Assembly (NCBI RefSeq): GCF_036971445.1
Contig: NC_091471.1
Location: 259,966,001-260,030,000, forward strand
Direction of reading: 5' to 3'
Source: Narcine bancroftii
Taxonomy: Eukaryota
Length of the DNA stretch: 64,000 nucleotides
Shown: positions 1 through 11,530 of the stretch, piece after piece
Layout of the letters: each line of letters begins with the position of its first letter
Numbering within the stretch: position 1 is the stretch's first letter
Position numbers and translations under genes: made by a program
The notes under the pieces: model-generated
The model's database searches: none
What the model was told of the DNA's origin: nothing
What the model saw: the letters and a program-made list of their open reading frames with translations, nothing else

Positions 1-52
1 TGGAAAAGAAAAAGTGTATATCATGGCTATTGTGATTTATGGTGTGAAAAAT

Positions 53-95
<43 letters not shown>
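1..95 (+). mobile_element. 3' end and poly(A) tail of an L1-like LINE
   Basis: ...GTGTGAAAAATAAAAAATTT followed by a long A run; same terminus as the L1-like insert ending at ~29053. Confidence 0.7.
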
Positions 96-97
<2 letters not shown>

Positions 98-864
98 ATC
101 CCCATTCAGATTGCATTCCAAGATGGACGGAACAACAATTTAGACAGAAATGATTCGGTTCAAGTATTTGAAATACTGACGAGAATGACTTTGGGAATGC
201 CAAATAATTGCCGAAGAACAATAGTGCTGGATATTAAAACAAAAAGTTTTAAGGGAAGTGAAAGAGGTTGGATTTCAAAGTGGTGCAATGCAGAATTTCA
301 AAATCTTAAAAGCAATGGACAAACCCGACGAGGCAACAAATTTCCCAAACTGGTTAATCCCAGAAAGGAGTTGGGGTTGAGAGGGAAGAGCACTGAACCC
401 AAGAAAAACTGATATTTTATTATTTATTTGTACACGAGATGTGGAGATTGCTAGTAAAGCCAGGATTTATTGTTCATTTCCAATTGTGCCTTAAACTAAA
501 AAGTTTATTAAGCCACTTCAGAGGATAGTTAGGAATCAACCACATTTTTGGAGATTGGAGTGAAGCAGGTCTGAGTGAGGACAATAGATTGATAGTAGTT
601 TCATGGCCACTATTGTTGATGCAACCTTCTTAGTTCCTCTTTTTTAAAAACTTTAAATTTTCCAATGGAATTCAAACTTGTGTTACCACTTCAACATTCC
701 AGGTTCAGGATATAACTGATAAGATACCCACTTTTCAAACTTATTCAATTATAGGAACTTCCCCCCCCCACCCCTCCCCCGCATTGTCATCCATCAACTA
801 TACATTTCAGATATTCTGAAGTTGACATCACCCTATTCATACATCACTCGAGAACTGTTCGTAC

Positions 865-1075
865 CTCCTTGCAGACTGCTGTTCGCCCACTGCACTTTGG
901 TTGTTGGTAAGTTTTAGGCAAAGCTCTGTAACTGGAGCCCAACCTCTTACATGAAGCATAGTCAATCTCGCGGGCAATCCCATCCACTGGTCGATCCCGT
1001 TGCAATGGCTGAGTGAGTGAGAGCTCTTTTTGACCCAAGAATGACTTGAAGCGTGCAAAAAGCTCTGGAAACTTC
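865..1075 (-). CDS. SIN3B: SIN3B coding exon (end of PAH3 / start of HDAC-interaction region); gene continues beyond the left edge
   Basis: Translates (G)[19 protein letters not shown]...[36 protein letters not shown]; CAG acceptor and GTAC donor; phase matches the neighbouring exon. Confidence 0.95.
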
Positions 1076-1612
1076 CTGCTTTCAGAGTGGAGGGGGTTAG
1101 AGGGACAGAAAATTAAAGGAAGGGAGTAAAAAAAATGCATTGAAAAAGTTGACCAAAAACATGGAAAACCCCATCTGCAGAAGAAATCCATTCCATACAT
1201 TATCAGTTCAAGTAACTGCGAAGTAAAATCCTAAATTCCATTCTCCCAGTCAAAATAACCCTGCAACCAAAGGAAAATGCTTTGCACAGTTAATAAGGTG
1301 TAGGTTAAGCCGAAACTTGTACCTAGAATCTTTATCTATCTAATCTCATACTTCCAAGTAGAAAAGGAATTTAAAATCTTATCATCACACATCATATGAA
1401 AAATAGCTCACCACTGCAACTGCAGTGGAAAATTATTTCTTTTAAAGTATCTCTACCAAGAAACCACACAACGAAGGAAGATACAGAATGAATCATAGAC
1501 CAAGGAACTAGGCTCTTTGGTGCAATTTGTCCACGTCGACCAGGCTGTCCATCCAAGCTAGTCCCATTCGCCTGCATTTGACCCATATCCTCTCAAACCT
1601 TTCCTATCAGTA

Positions 1613-2538
1613 CAGTAATACCCCTGGTATCTGGGACCTACAGGGAATGGTAAATGCCATATATGCTTGAGACTCACTCTTACAAAGTCTAACTAATACA
1701 CCAGCATCAAGAATAAAAAGACAAAAGACAGAGTAAAATATAATATGGAAAAAAATAAGTAACTTAATTCTGTAAAGTTCACTGTAATCAGGTAACTCCA
1801 GTAACTTACAAAATTTAAATTCAAACCTCAGTCGCTGGCACTGTAACGGCATTGCACTAACCGCTAACCTAACCATGCCGCTGTCATAATTAACCGCCCC
1901 CTCCCCAAGTATACACATAAAGCATTACTAATATACTTAATAATGCACTAATAAAAACTCTTACTAGGCTGGGACAGAGAGACACTTTGGGAGAGTCACC
2001 CCAGCAGTGAGCAGTATCAACCGGCTCTTCATCCTGGGCGCTGCCATTTTATTCAACACAGCTTTATTCAAACATCTGCTGTGGGCGGTGCACAACCGGG
2101 CGCTCCACTGGCTGAATGTTTGCTCCCATCTTCACCAAGGGGTTGTGTGTTGCTTTGGAGAACGTTTACTTTTACAATTTTAAAATTTTATTAAAAATTT
2201 AATTTATTCTTAATTATTTTAATTTTTAAAATTAATTTATAAGTGTTCAATTTAGACATACAGGACAGAAATAGGACCTTTGACCCATTAGCCCGTGCCG
2301 CCCAATTACACCCAATTGACCTACAACCCGCGGTACATTTTGAATTGTGGGAGGAAACTGGAGCACCTAGAGGAAACCCACGCAGACACGGGAAGAACGT
2401 ACAAACTCCTTCCAGGCAGTGCCAGATTTGAACATCGGTCACGATCGCTGCCAATGTAACTGCTTGTCACCTCGATTTTTTTTTCCAGTTACTTGAGGTT
2501 GCCAGTTGCATGAATTCGGGATAATAGGGATTTTACTG
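1613..2538. mobile_element. Non-autonomous Tc1/mariner (pogo/Tigger-like) DNA transposon containing a SINE
   Basis: Termini TA|CAGTAATACCCCTGG and GGGATTTTACTG; interior homologous (inverted) to the 21027-23451 element. Confidence 0.7.
2250..2465 (-). mobile_element. tRNA-derived V-SINE (HE1-like)
   Basis: GGGAGGAAACTGGAGCACC..GAGGAAACCCACGCAGACACGGGAAGAACGTACAAACTCC core; related copies at ~14578-14720, ~46238-46360 and ~51870-52070. Confidence 0.75.
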
Positions 2539-2839
2539 TCCATGTCAATACATCTTTTACACCTTGAAATTGTACCCATTTCTACAGCTTCTTCTGGCAG
2601 CTCAGTCCATACACCCACCACAGCCTATATGAAAAAGTTGCTCCTCTGTCTGGTCCCTTTTAAATCTTTCCCTTCTGCCATTAAATTTATGAACCCTAAC
2701 TTTGGACTCCCCTACCTAGACTGTGATCATTTAATGATGGCTGTGTTTTGCAAAACTCAGAATGAATATGTGAATCAAACGCTAACGTAATGTTGGAGGT
2801 TTTTCACCTTCAATGAATAAATGAAGTGAATGGACTTAC

Positions 2840-2958
2840 CCGAGGAATGGAGTAACCAGTTGAAGGAGCTCGGAACCAGACACCACCTCCTGGTTGAACA
2901 GGGCAATGCAGCGCAAGAAATTTTCATACACCTCCTGACTCTTTAGAATCCTTCGTAC
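2840..2958 (-). CDS. SIN3B: SIN3B coding exon (PAH3)
   Basis: [40 protein letters not shown]; CAG/GTAAGT splice sites; 119 bp. Confidence 0.95.
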
Positions 2959-3094
2959 CTGGGGGAGCCGGGAGTTGGGAGGAAGTGGAGATCCATGAAT
3001 GGAAGGTGGGGATGTGTGGGGAGAGAGGGGAAGTAACAAATTGCACATGCAATGTTCTACATTCAATTGAAACAGTTATCAGTTAAAACTAGAA

Positions 3095-3280
3095 GTAAAA
3101 CACAAAATTCTGCAGCCAACGTGGTTAAAGTAAAAACACAATGCTGGAGAAACTCAGGTCAAACAGGGTACTTTATGTAACAAAGATAAAGATAGATACC
3201 ATGTTTTGGGCTTGAGCCCTACATCATGGTATCTTGATGAAGGGCTCAAGCCAGAAACGTTGGTTATGTATCTTTTATTA
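3095..3280. mobile_element. Penelope-like element terminal fragment in inverted (palindromic) arrangement
   Basis: ATGCTGGAGAAACTCAG...GGGCTTGAGCCCT..CATCA followed by its inverse TTGATGAAGGGCTCAAGCC. Confidence 0.65.
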
Positions 3281-3469
3281 GTTAAAACTACCTTTTAGGG
3301 CAAGAATTTCCTTGGGTGCTCTCTTACAACTAGCTCCGCACTGCTCTATGTAGAGGTGTTTTGTTAAGCACTATATTGTGGCACTAAGGGCCATAATACT
3401 GCTATCTGCATAGCGAGATAGTCGAACACGAACCTTGGTGGTGGTAATAGTGTAGAAAGTTGTGCAATA

Positions 3470-4270
3470 GAATATAGACAGGTTGTAGGGTTAGGTGGAG
3501 AAGTAGCAGATGGAGCTCAATCTGGAAAAGTGTGAATATATACACGGTGGAAGATCAAACTTGGAGGTGGATTCTTAGGCAGTGTAGAAGAAAAATGGGA
3601 TCCAAGTCCTCAGATCCCTCAAATTTTCAGCCAACCTGACAGGGTAGTTAAGAAGGCAAATGGTGTGTTGGCTTTCATTACCTGGGGGATTAAGTTCAAG
3701 AGATTCGAGGTAATGTTGCAGCTCTATTAAAATTCTGGTTAAATCATATTTAAGAATATTGTGTCCAGTTCTGGTCATCTCATTACAGAGTGGATGTGGA
3801 AGCTTTAGAGAGGGTGCAGAGGAGATTTACCAGGAGGCTGCCTGGATTGGAGAATACAGCATTATGAGGAAAGGTTGAGTAAACTAGGCTTTGGAACAAT
3901 GGAGGATGAGAGGCAACTTAATAGAGGGGTATAAAGATTATGAAAGGCATAGATAGGGTGGACAGCCAACACCTTTTTTTCTCTGGGTGCCAATGGCCAA
4001 TACTAGAGGACACCAGTTTAAATTAAGCGAAGGAAAGTTTCGAAAAGATGTCAGAGGTAATTTATTTTAGAGAGAGAATAATAATAACCTGGAAAGCACT
4101 GCCGAGGGAGTGATACAATAGGGGCATTTAAAAGACCTTAGATAAAAGAAAATTGATGATTATAGGCTGCAAGGGAGGGAAATGTTAGGCAGACCATGGA
4201 GTAGGTTGATTGAAGCCAGTGCAACATCATGGGTCGAAAGGTCCATACTGTGCTGTACAATTCTATGGTT
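3470..4270 (+). mobile_element. CR1 LINE 3' fragment
   Basis: Degenerate CR1 ORF2 C-terminus (...GAATATTGTGTCCAGTTCTGG...GAGAGGGTGCAGAGGAGATTTACCAGG) and TTCTATG-type tail. Confidence 0.8.
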
Positions 4271-4689
4271 TATGTTCGATGACTGTAATGAGAAAATCTC
4301 TCAGGATAGGAGCCTGCTATTCATGTCATATTTTTGCTGACTCTTGGAAAGAGGTGTTCAAAGTAGTCTCACTCCCTACTCTTAGCCTTGTAAACTTTGC
4401 ATTTTCTGATTTCAAGTTTCTCCTTCATCAGTTTCCATTCCTCTTTAAGGTGTCACAACATTCTCCAATAATCTCCCTGTTCAATATACTAATTGATTTT
4501 TGATTACGGTTTAATCACTTCCACTTTTTCTTTTACACTTAATTGTCGCAGGAGATTCATTCCAGAAGTGGCTACAAATGCAATATCTACATGGCTGTTC
4601 ATTAAACTTGACATGCTTTGTGCGAGTTTGCAATCATGACCACAAGACGAATGTGGCTTTAAATCAATCAACTAGCAGATCACAATAAG

Positions 4690-5010
4690 ACTACAAGACC
4701 ATGAGCTATAGGAGTAGAAGGCAGCCATTCGGACCATTAAGTCCACTCTGTCATTCTTTCAGGAGCTGATCCATTCTCCTACTCAGCCCCATTCCCCATA
4801 ACCCTCGATACCCTGATGATTCAGAAACCTATCAATGTTTGCCTTAAATACAACCAATGACTTGGTCTCCACACCTGCCCAAGGTAGCAAATTTCAGTGG
4901 TTCACCACTCACTGGTTAAAGAAATTCCTCCACATCTCTGTTTTAAGTGGGCACACTTCAATGCTGAAGTTATGCCCTCTTCTCCTAGATTCCCCTACCA
5001 TGGGAGATAA
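4690..5010 (-). mobile_element. CR1 LINE 3' end fragment
   Basis: Reverse complement of the CR1 3' UTR seen in other copies (GGCAGCCATTCGG..., AAGAAATTCCTCC). Confidence 0.6.
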
Positions 5011-5563
5011 CTTTGCCTGAACAAATCAGGCAAAGTGAGACAGGGAAAATCTGACAGGGTAGATCTGATATATTGGATCTAGAATCAAGGATTGCAACAT
5101 TGAATAGGGTTGAAAATTAGGAGAAGTCGGTTCCAACAAAGACAAATACAACTTAGAATGATCTACTAAGGAGAGTTGGCCATTGTTTCAAAAAGCTTTA
5201 TTGGTTAAAAATAATCCCACTAATAAATTCAAAAGTTCCATTTAGATATGTCACTGAAGTTTAATTTGAACCATATTAGTGACTGCAAAGAATAAACACA
5301 TTTAGGGATTAGGTGCAGGGAGAAGACTGATGTTGGTTGCTATCTCATGAGTGCTTTCATAATGATGCAGACTGACCATAAATACAGTACCAGTGGGCTT
5401 TGACTGTCCTTTAAACTCTTTCCTTTTCCAATACCTTCAGTTCCTCTATTCTCTCCATGTAACTGAGCTCCCCCATTCTTTGTAAAATTCTAATAAATCT
5501 CCTATGCAGCCTCTACAAGGGCTGACAGTCTGTAAAATACAATAACCAGAAATTGACAGAATA

Positions 5564-5762
5564 CAGTAAAATAAAACATTTGGCATCTACTGGGATTGGC
5601 AGACACTGGGTAAGTGAGTTTCACGGTTGCTTGAGACTGCATGTTGCATGAATGGAGAACGAACGGCAAGGCATGCCGATTTTAAATTTCCATGTTTATC
5701 CATTTATTTTCTGCAATTTTTTTTGCTGGTTGCTTGAATTCCGAATTACAGGGATTTTACTG
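5564..5762. mobile_element. Short Tigger-like MITE
   Basis: TA|CAGTAAAAT...GGGATTTTACTG|TA termini shared with the 1613-2538 family. Confidence 0.6.
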
Positions 5763-5985
5763 TATTCCAAATGGATTCTAACCAGTGTTTTCTAACAGTT
5801 CAGCATCCCTTTCTCTATTAAAGAGGTTTCCAGAATCCAGAGGGTGGGTTATTTTTTAAAGGCATCCTCAATACTTCCCACCACCTTCAAGGAGCTCAGA
5901 ATGTTCTAGGTCTCTCTGGTCCTGCCCTCACTTTAAAAAGAATTCAGACCATCAGCCAACAACTGCATAAAGTCAACATACTCAC

Positions 5986-6075
5986 TCTGTCAAAGAAGCT
6001 GAACTCTCGCAAGGTGCCATGTTTGCCTGCAGAAGCCAATGACCGGTCCTTCACACTAGACAACTTCAATTTTTT
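5986..6075 (-). CDS. SIN3B: SIN3B coding exon (pre-PAH3), absent from the ORF track
   Basis: Manual translation [30 protein letters not shown]; TAG acceptor, GTGAGT donor; 90 bp, phase 0/0. Confidence 0.93.
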
Positions 6076-6795
6076 CTAGTAAACATAAGGATGGAGTGAT
6101 GATCAGAAATAATAAACGGAGCAGCCGCTAAGAGCTAATGCCAGGCATCAGAATATTACAGTGATTGAACATTTTTTTTAAAATCGAGCAATGAACATCA
6201 GCATCATGTGGGCCAGAGAAGTTGCTGTTGTTTCCAAAACTCCTCACTCACTGGAGAGGTTTATTCAACAGATCAGTTGGTCACAATAATAACTAAAATC
6301 AGAAATGTCATGAATTATCCATCTGAAGGTAGTCTATGACTTTATAGGGCATCACAAACAAGGCCAGCACTTATTCCCACCCTTCATGACCTTCAAGGTA
6401 ATGGTAGTGAGGTCCCTTTTTTGCTTGAGCTCTTGCAATCCTTTTGGCAAAGATTCTCCTTTAGAGTTCTGAGGGAGGGAGTTTCATGATTCAGCCTGCC
6501 ACTTGTGGAGGGATTGAGTGTCTGTATGGTGCTCACGGTGCCAATCAACTGATATGCATTGCGCTGGGTGGTGTAACTACACCTCAATCCTGTCACAAGG
6601 TGATATTAAACTAATCCCATTTTCCTCCACATGGTCTGTATCCCTTTCTTGCTTTCCTGCTCCTGTATCTGTCCCTTTTAAAAATGATAATCCTATCTGT
6701 TTCTTGCACCTCCCCTGGCATAAAGCCAAGCAAAAGGTGGCAAACACATCCCAGGACATCACAGGCAAAACCCTCCCCACCATCGAGAACATTTA

Positions 6796-7847
6796 CAGGT
6801 ACACGCTCCTTTATCTGGAACCTTGGGGAACAGTGTATTCTGAATTTCACATTTTTCCAAATTTCGGAAAGCCCACCAAAATTGTGCTGCCGTATCCACC
6901 CCCACCCCTTCCAGGCCGCCTCCCTCAACCGTGGTCCCTTGGCTGCCTCACCGACTGCCTCCCCCAACAATGGTCCCTCGGCTGTCTCCCCGACTGCCGG
7001 TCCCTCGGACATCCGGCTGCCTCCCCCAACCGCGGTCCCTCAGCTGTCTCCCCGACTGCCAGTACCTCGGTTGTCTGACCGCCTCCCCCAACCGCCGGTC
7101 CCTCGGCCACCTGGACGTCTCCCCCGACCGCCGGTCCCTCGGCCACCTGGACGTCTCCCCCGACCGCCGGTCCCTCGGCCGCCGGACCCCGGCCGCCCGG
7201 CGGTCTCCCTCGGCCGCCGGACCCCGGCCGCCCGGCGGTCTCCCTCGGCCGCCGGACCCCGGCCGCCCGGCGGTCTCCCTCGGCCGCCGGACCCCGGCCG
7301 CCCGGCGGTCTCCCTCGGCCGCCGGACCCCGGCCGCCCGGCGGTCTCCCTCGGCCGCCGGACCCCGGCCGCCCGGCGGTCTCCCTCGGCCGCCGGACCCC
7401 GGCCGCCCGGCGGTCTCCCTCGGCCGCCGGCCGCCCGGCGGTCTCCCTCGGCCGCCGGCCGCCCGGCGGTCTCCCTCGGCCGCCGGCCGCCCGGCGGTCT
7501 CCCTCGGCCGCCGGCCGCCCGGCGGTCTCCCTCGGCCGCCGGCCGCCCGGCGGTCTCCCTCGGCCGCCGGTCCCCCGACCGCCCGGCTGCCTCCCCCAAC
7601 CTCCAATCCCTCGGCCGCCCGGACGTCTTCCTCGACTGCCCAGACATCTCCCTCGGCCGCCTGTTCCCTGACCACCCGGCTGCTTCCCCCGACCGCCGGA
7701 CCCTCAGCTGCCTCCCCTGACCGGCAGTCCCTCGGCTGCCTCCCCCAACCACCAGCCCCTCGGCCCCCTCCCCCAACCACCGTCTCCACTTACCGGATTT
7801 TGTAGCTTTCCGGATTTTAGATGTCCGGATAAAGGATCGCGTAGCTG
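6796..7847. mobile_element. Tc1/mariner-type MITE (TA target duplication) with an internal GC-rich minisatellite
   Basis: TA|CAGGTACACGCTCCTTTATCTGGA ... TCCGGATAAAGGATCGCGTAGCTG|TA imperfect TIRs. Confidence 0.8.
7105..7561. repeat. GC-rich minisatellite: 2x36 bp, 7x35 bp, 5x28 bp
   Basis: Units GGCCGCCGGACCCCGGCCGCCCGGCGGTCTCCCTC (35 bp, 7177-7421) and GGCCGCCGGCCGCCCGGCGGTCTCCCTC (28 bp, 7422-7561). Confidence 0.95.
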
Positions 7848-9158
7848 TACAGAGAGCCCTGCCGTCAGAGAACAGCGGCAATCATCAAGGATTCACACCA
7901 TCCAGCACCAAACTCTGTTCTCACTGCTGCCATCAGGAAATAGGAATAGGTGCCACCAGGTTCAGAAAGAGCTGCTACTCCTCCACCATCAGACTCCTCA
8001 ACAATAAACTCAGGGGACTCATTTAAGGACTCTTACTTTTGCACTTTATTGCATCTTTTTTCCTTTCTGATTTGCCCAGTCAGTTTGTTTACATTTCTTT
8101 ATTTGTTTATATGTGTACATTATAAACAGGTTTTTTTTTTGCACTACCAATACGGCCTTGCCCGCAGGAAAAAGTATCTCAGGGTTGTATGTGATGTATG
8201 TATTCTAACAATAAATCTAAAATCTAATCTGATCATAATTTCTGAGACAGTATCTTCTCCCACTCAAAAACCATACAAACCATCCTGAACAAGTTCATTC
8301 TTTTCCAAATGCAAATACATCCTGACCCTAAGAATCCTTGAATGACTTCTCTCCCACTGATGCAACAGCTCACCAGAATATAATGTACTGGTTTGTCTCT
8401 GTTTCACTTCTGAAACAAAAGAACATCATTAGCTACAATTCCAGTCTTTTGTAACCCTGTCTGGAACTAAAGAAAAATCTCTGTCAAACCCCAATAATAT
8501 CATCCCTTGTTTCCCTCAATATCCTGAGATAAATCTCATCAGGCCCTGGAGATTTATCCACCTTAATATTCATCAATACACCCAACAATATCAACATGCC
8601 CTAGAATATTAACATACCACTCCCTGATTTCACCATCAGCCAGGTCCTTCCTTCTCCTTGATGCATACCAATGTAAAGTACTCATTAACAATTCCTCATT
8701 TCCTCTGGCTCCAAAGATATATTATCCCCTTCATTTTTAAACTTAACTAGCTTCCCTTTTGCTTCTAATATACATATGAAATGCACGGGATTCTCCTTAA
8801 TCTGAAATTCCAAATTAATTACCATAATTTAAATGCACCAGTTAACATTGTTGGATTCCAACTCATTTTTGGAACCACGGCCCACAACTCTGACTGCTGG
8901 TCCAATCACTCCCACGTAGAAAGAGCTTTATTCCTTGTCCAGTTACTTCTTGATGGACAGTGTAGAAGAAGCTTTCCTCTATCTAACACCTGCCTGAGCA
9001 TTTGACTGCAAGTCCCTCAAATCAATTATCACAACGTTCAAGAAAATGAAGAGCAGGGTTTAGGGTTTGGGCCCTAAATTGTAGGCAGCCATCAGGATGG
9101 AAATGAACAGTGTGGTTTCCTATCCACCATACTAATGGAAATGCATGCCTGTGCTTAC

Positions 9159-9287
9159 CTTGAGTGGAGGAGGCACTTGGGGTAGCAGCGTAGTTCGCAA
9201 GCGCTTCTTGCTTTGCGAGTGTTTGGATGCTTCATCTTCGTCAATCATTTTACTCTCATCCTTTTCAGATGTAGCACTTCCAGTGAA
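9159..9287 (-). CDS. SIN3B: SIN3B coding exon (PAH2-PAH3 linker)
   Basis: FTGSATSEKDESKMIDEDEASKHSQSKKRLRTTLLPQVPPPLK; CAG/GTAAGC; 129 bp, in frame. Confidence 0.88.
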
Positions 9288-9962
9288 CTGAGAATTAAAA
9301 GGGAGACAACAAATCCCAACGGCACAGCAACAGTTTGAATAAAAACTGGATATACAAAGATTATAAACTCTGATTACTACACTCCTTCCATCATTACTCA
9401 GAGCCCAAATTACAAGTGAACATAAAACACACAAGAGTGGACCTACAGCAACAAGCCTTTTGGACTGCTATGTCTGTGACAACCAAGACACCAAGTTAAC
9501 TGATCCCATCTGCCTGCATATGGTGCTTATCTATCTATTCCCTGCTGTTCGGATGCTTATATCACCTCTCATAATACACTCCTGAAGTGTAAAGTCAATT
9601 CTCCAGGGACAGAGATGCTTGATGAGCCAGGAAGATGTGAATTGTGACAAATCTGCCAGGCACCAATTTAAAATCTGAATCAATGAAGAGGAGGAAGTTA
9701 TGCAGCAAATACACCCTGTTATAATCAGGCCCACCAAACATGAAACTGCCCTCCTTGTTGGAAAATAAATTACTACTGAACTACAGGCAAAATATATTAC
9801 AGGGCTTTTAGTTTGGACTTTGTATCACCCCAAAACCTGACAAAAAGGGTAAACTTAGGGATTGGATTACTGACCCTTTTAATTAATCTCCAATTCCTAG
9901 TAAGTCTAGGAAAATTCTCAGGTGTGGTTGTGGTGGAGGGAGGCAGTGGGAGTTTCACATAC

Positions 9963-10115
9963 CAGAGATCGCTTGGCGTCTGGAAGAAACTGGCCAAATT
10001 CAGTCAGCAGATCTTCCTGGCCTCGGAACAGATTAGCAACCTTTGCAAAGACTTCATCTTCAGTCATGCCACAGTAAGGTTTCCCTTTGGTATCCTTCAC
10101 AATCAGCTGCTCCTT
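9963..10115 (-). CDS. SIN3B: SIN3B coding exon (PAH2 C-terminal half)
   Basis: [51 protein letters not shown]; TAG/GTATGT; 153 bp. Confidence 0.94.
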
Positions 10116-10604
10116 CTAACAAGAGAGAAGGATGGGTGCTTATTAGGATAAGGAACACTCCTGGCGCAGATTAAGGGTGGAGCTGCTTAAACACAAGCAA
10201 AAGTCTCCATCAATATGAGAAGTGTATGTCCCTGGAGAATGACATACATTTCCTGCATTAGGAAATCTCATCAGTCCAACTGGTCACTGTTGATATCTGT
10301 TTTTCATTCAAATCTCCACCACATCTTATCAAATCAACACATTCCTTTCTTCTGTTTATTAACATAGCTTTCCCTTAAAATCTTCTCATTGACATTAGAT
10401 TTATTGGTGACCATCGTTTACTAATGGCGCTAATTTTGGACACCCTTGAATCTACTCATTCTATTTTTTTCATCGTTTCATAGCCTCAAGCTTCTCTAGA
10501 AAACAATGATCCAGGGCCCCAGTAGGATCTTCGTCACACACCATCGAAGTTCACGGCACAGAAAGGAAGTCATTCATACTATTTTGTTCAAACCAATCCA
10601 AAAA

Positions 10605-11178
10605 CAACATAGAAACATAGGTGCAGGAGTAGGCCATTTGGCCCTTCAAGCCTACACTGCCATTCAATATGATTATGGCTGATCAGTACCCAGTTCCTGC
10701 CTTCTCCCCATACCCCTTGATACTCTTAGCCCACAGGGCCAAATCTAACCTACTCTTAAATATTGACAAGGAACCAGCCTCAACTACTTCCTGTGGCAAA
10801 GAATTCCACAGATCCACCACGCTCTGAGAGAAGAAATTTTTCCTCATCTCAGTCCTAAAAAATTTCCCCCTTATCCTTAAACTGTGACCCCTAGTTCTGG
10901 TTTTTCCCAGCATTGGAAACAACCTACCTGCATCTAGTCTGTCTAACTAAACCCTTAAAAATGTTATATGTTTCTATAAGACCCCCCCTCAATCTTCTAA
11001 ATTCCAGAGAATACAAGCCTAGTCTATCCAACCTTTCTTCATAAACAAGTCCTTTCATCCCTGGTATCAATCTAGTGAATCTCTGCACCCCCTCCATGGT
11101 GAGGATGTCCTTCCTCAGATAAGGAGACCGAAAATGCACGCAGTACTCCAGATGTGGTCTCACCAAGGCCCTCTACAG
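10605..11178 (-). mobile_element. CR1 LINE 3' fragment
   Basis: ORF-track peptides [28 protein letters not shown] and TRGHSLRIRG..FFSQSVVDLWNSLP. Confidence 0.9.
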
Positions 11179-11274
11179 ATGGGTATATTAATTCCACATT
11201 CTGTCTCTAACTTTCAAATGTGATAAGTGATTCTACTTTTGCCACCATCACAGCCAACGAGTTCCAGACTTCGG

Positions 11275-11530
11275 TAAAACACGAAAGTCTGCAGACACCG
11301 TGGTTGAAGTCAAAACATAATGCTGCAGAAATTCAGCAGGTCAAACTGTTTACTTTATATAGAAAAGATATATAACGTTTAGGGCTTGAACCCTTCATCA
11401 AGGGTATATACAAGTGTAAATACAAAGTATAATCTTGATGAAGGGCTCAGGGCCAAATTGTTGGTTATGTATCTCTACCTTTGCAATATAAGGGACACTG
11501 ACCTGATGAGTTTCTTCAGCATTATGTTTT
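11275..11530. mobile_element. Penelope-like palindromic terminal fragment
   Basis: Inverted arms CATAATGCTGCAGAAATTCAGCAGGTCA / TGACCTGATGAGTTTCTTCAGCATTATG. Confidence 0.7.

Larger units (their letters stand above)
6727..8225 (+). mobile_element. Rex1/Babar-like LINE 3' fragment split by a MITE
   Basis: QKVANTSQDITGKTLPTIENIY | ..AAIIKDSHHPA..LFSLLPSG; tail ...ACAATAAATCT; continuous once the 6796-7847 insert is removed. Confidence 0.75.

Noticed and set aside
14-412. 132 aa poly-Lys ORF
   Set aside because: The Lys run is the translated poly(A) tail of a LINE
6684-7881. 246-373 aa Pro/Arg/Gly-rich ORFs on both strands
   Set aside because: They are translations of a GC-rich minisatellite that lacks stop codons in every frame; no domain or splice support
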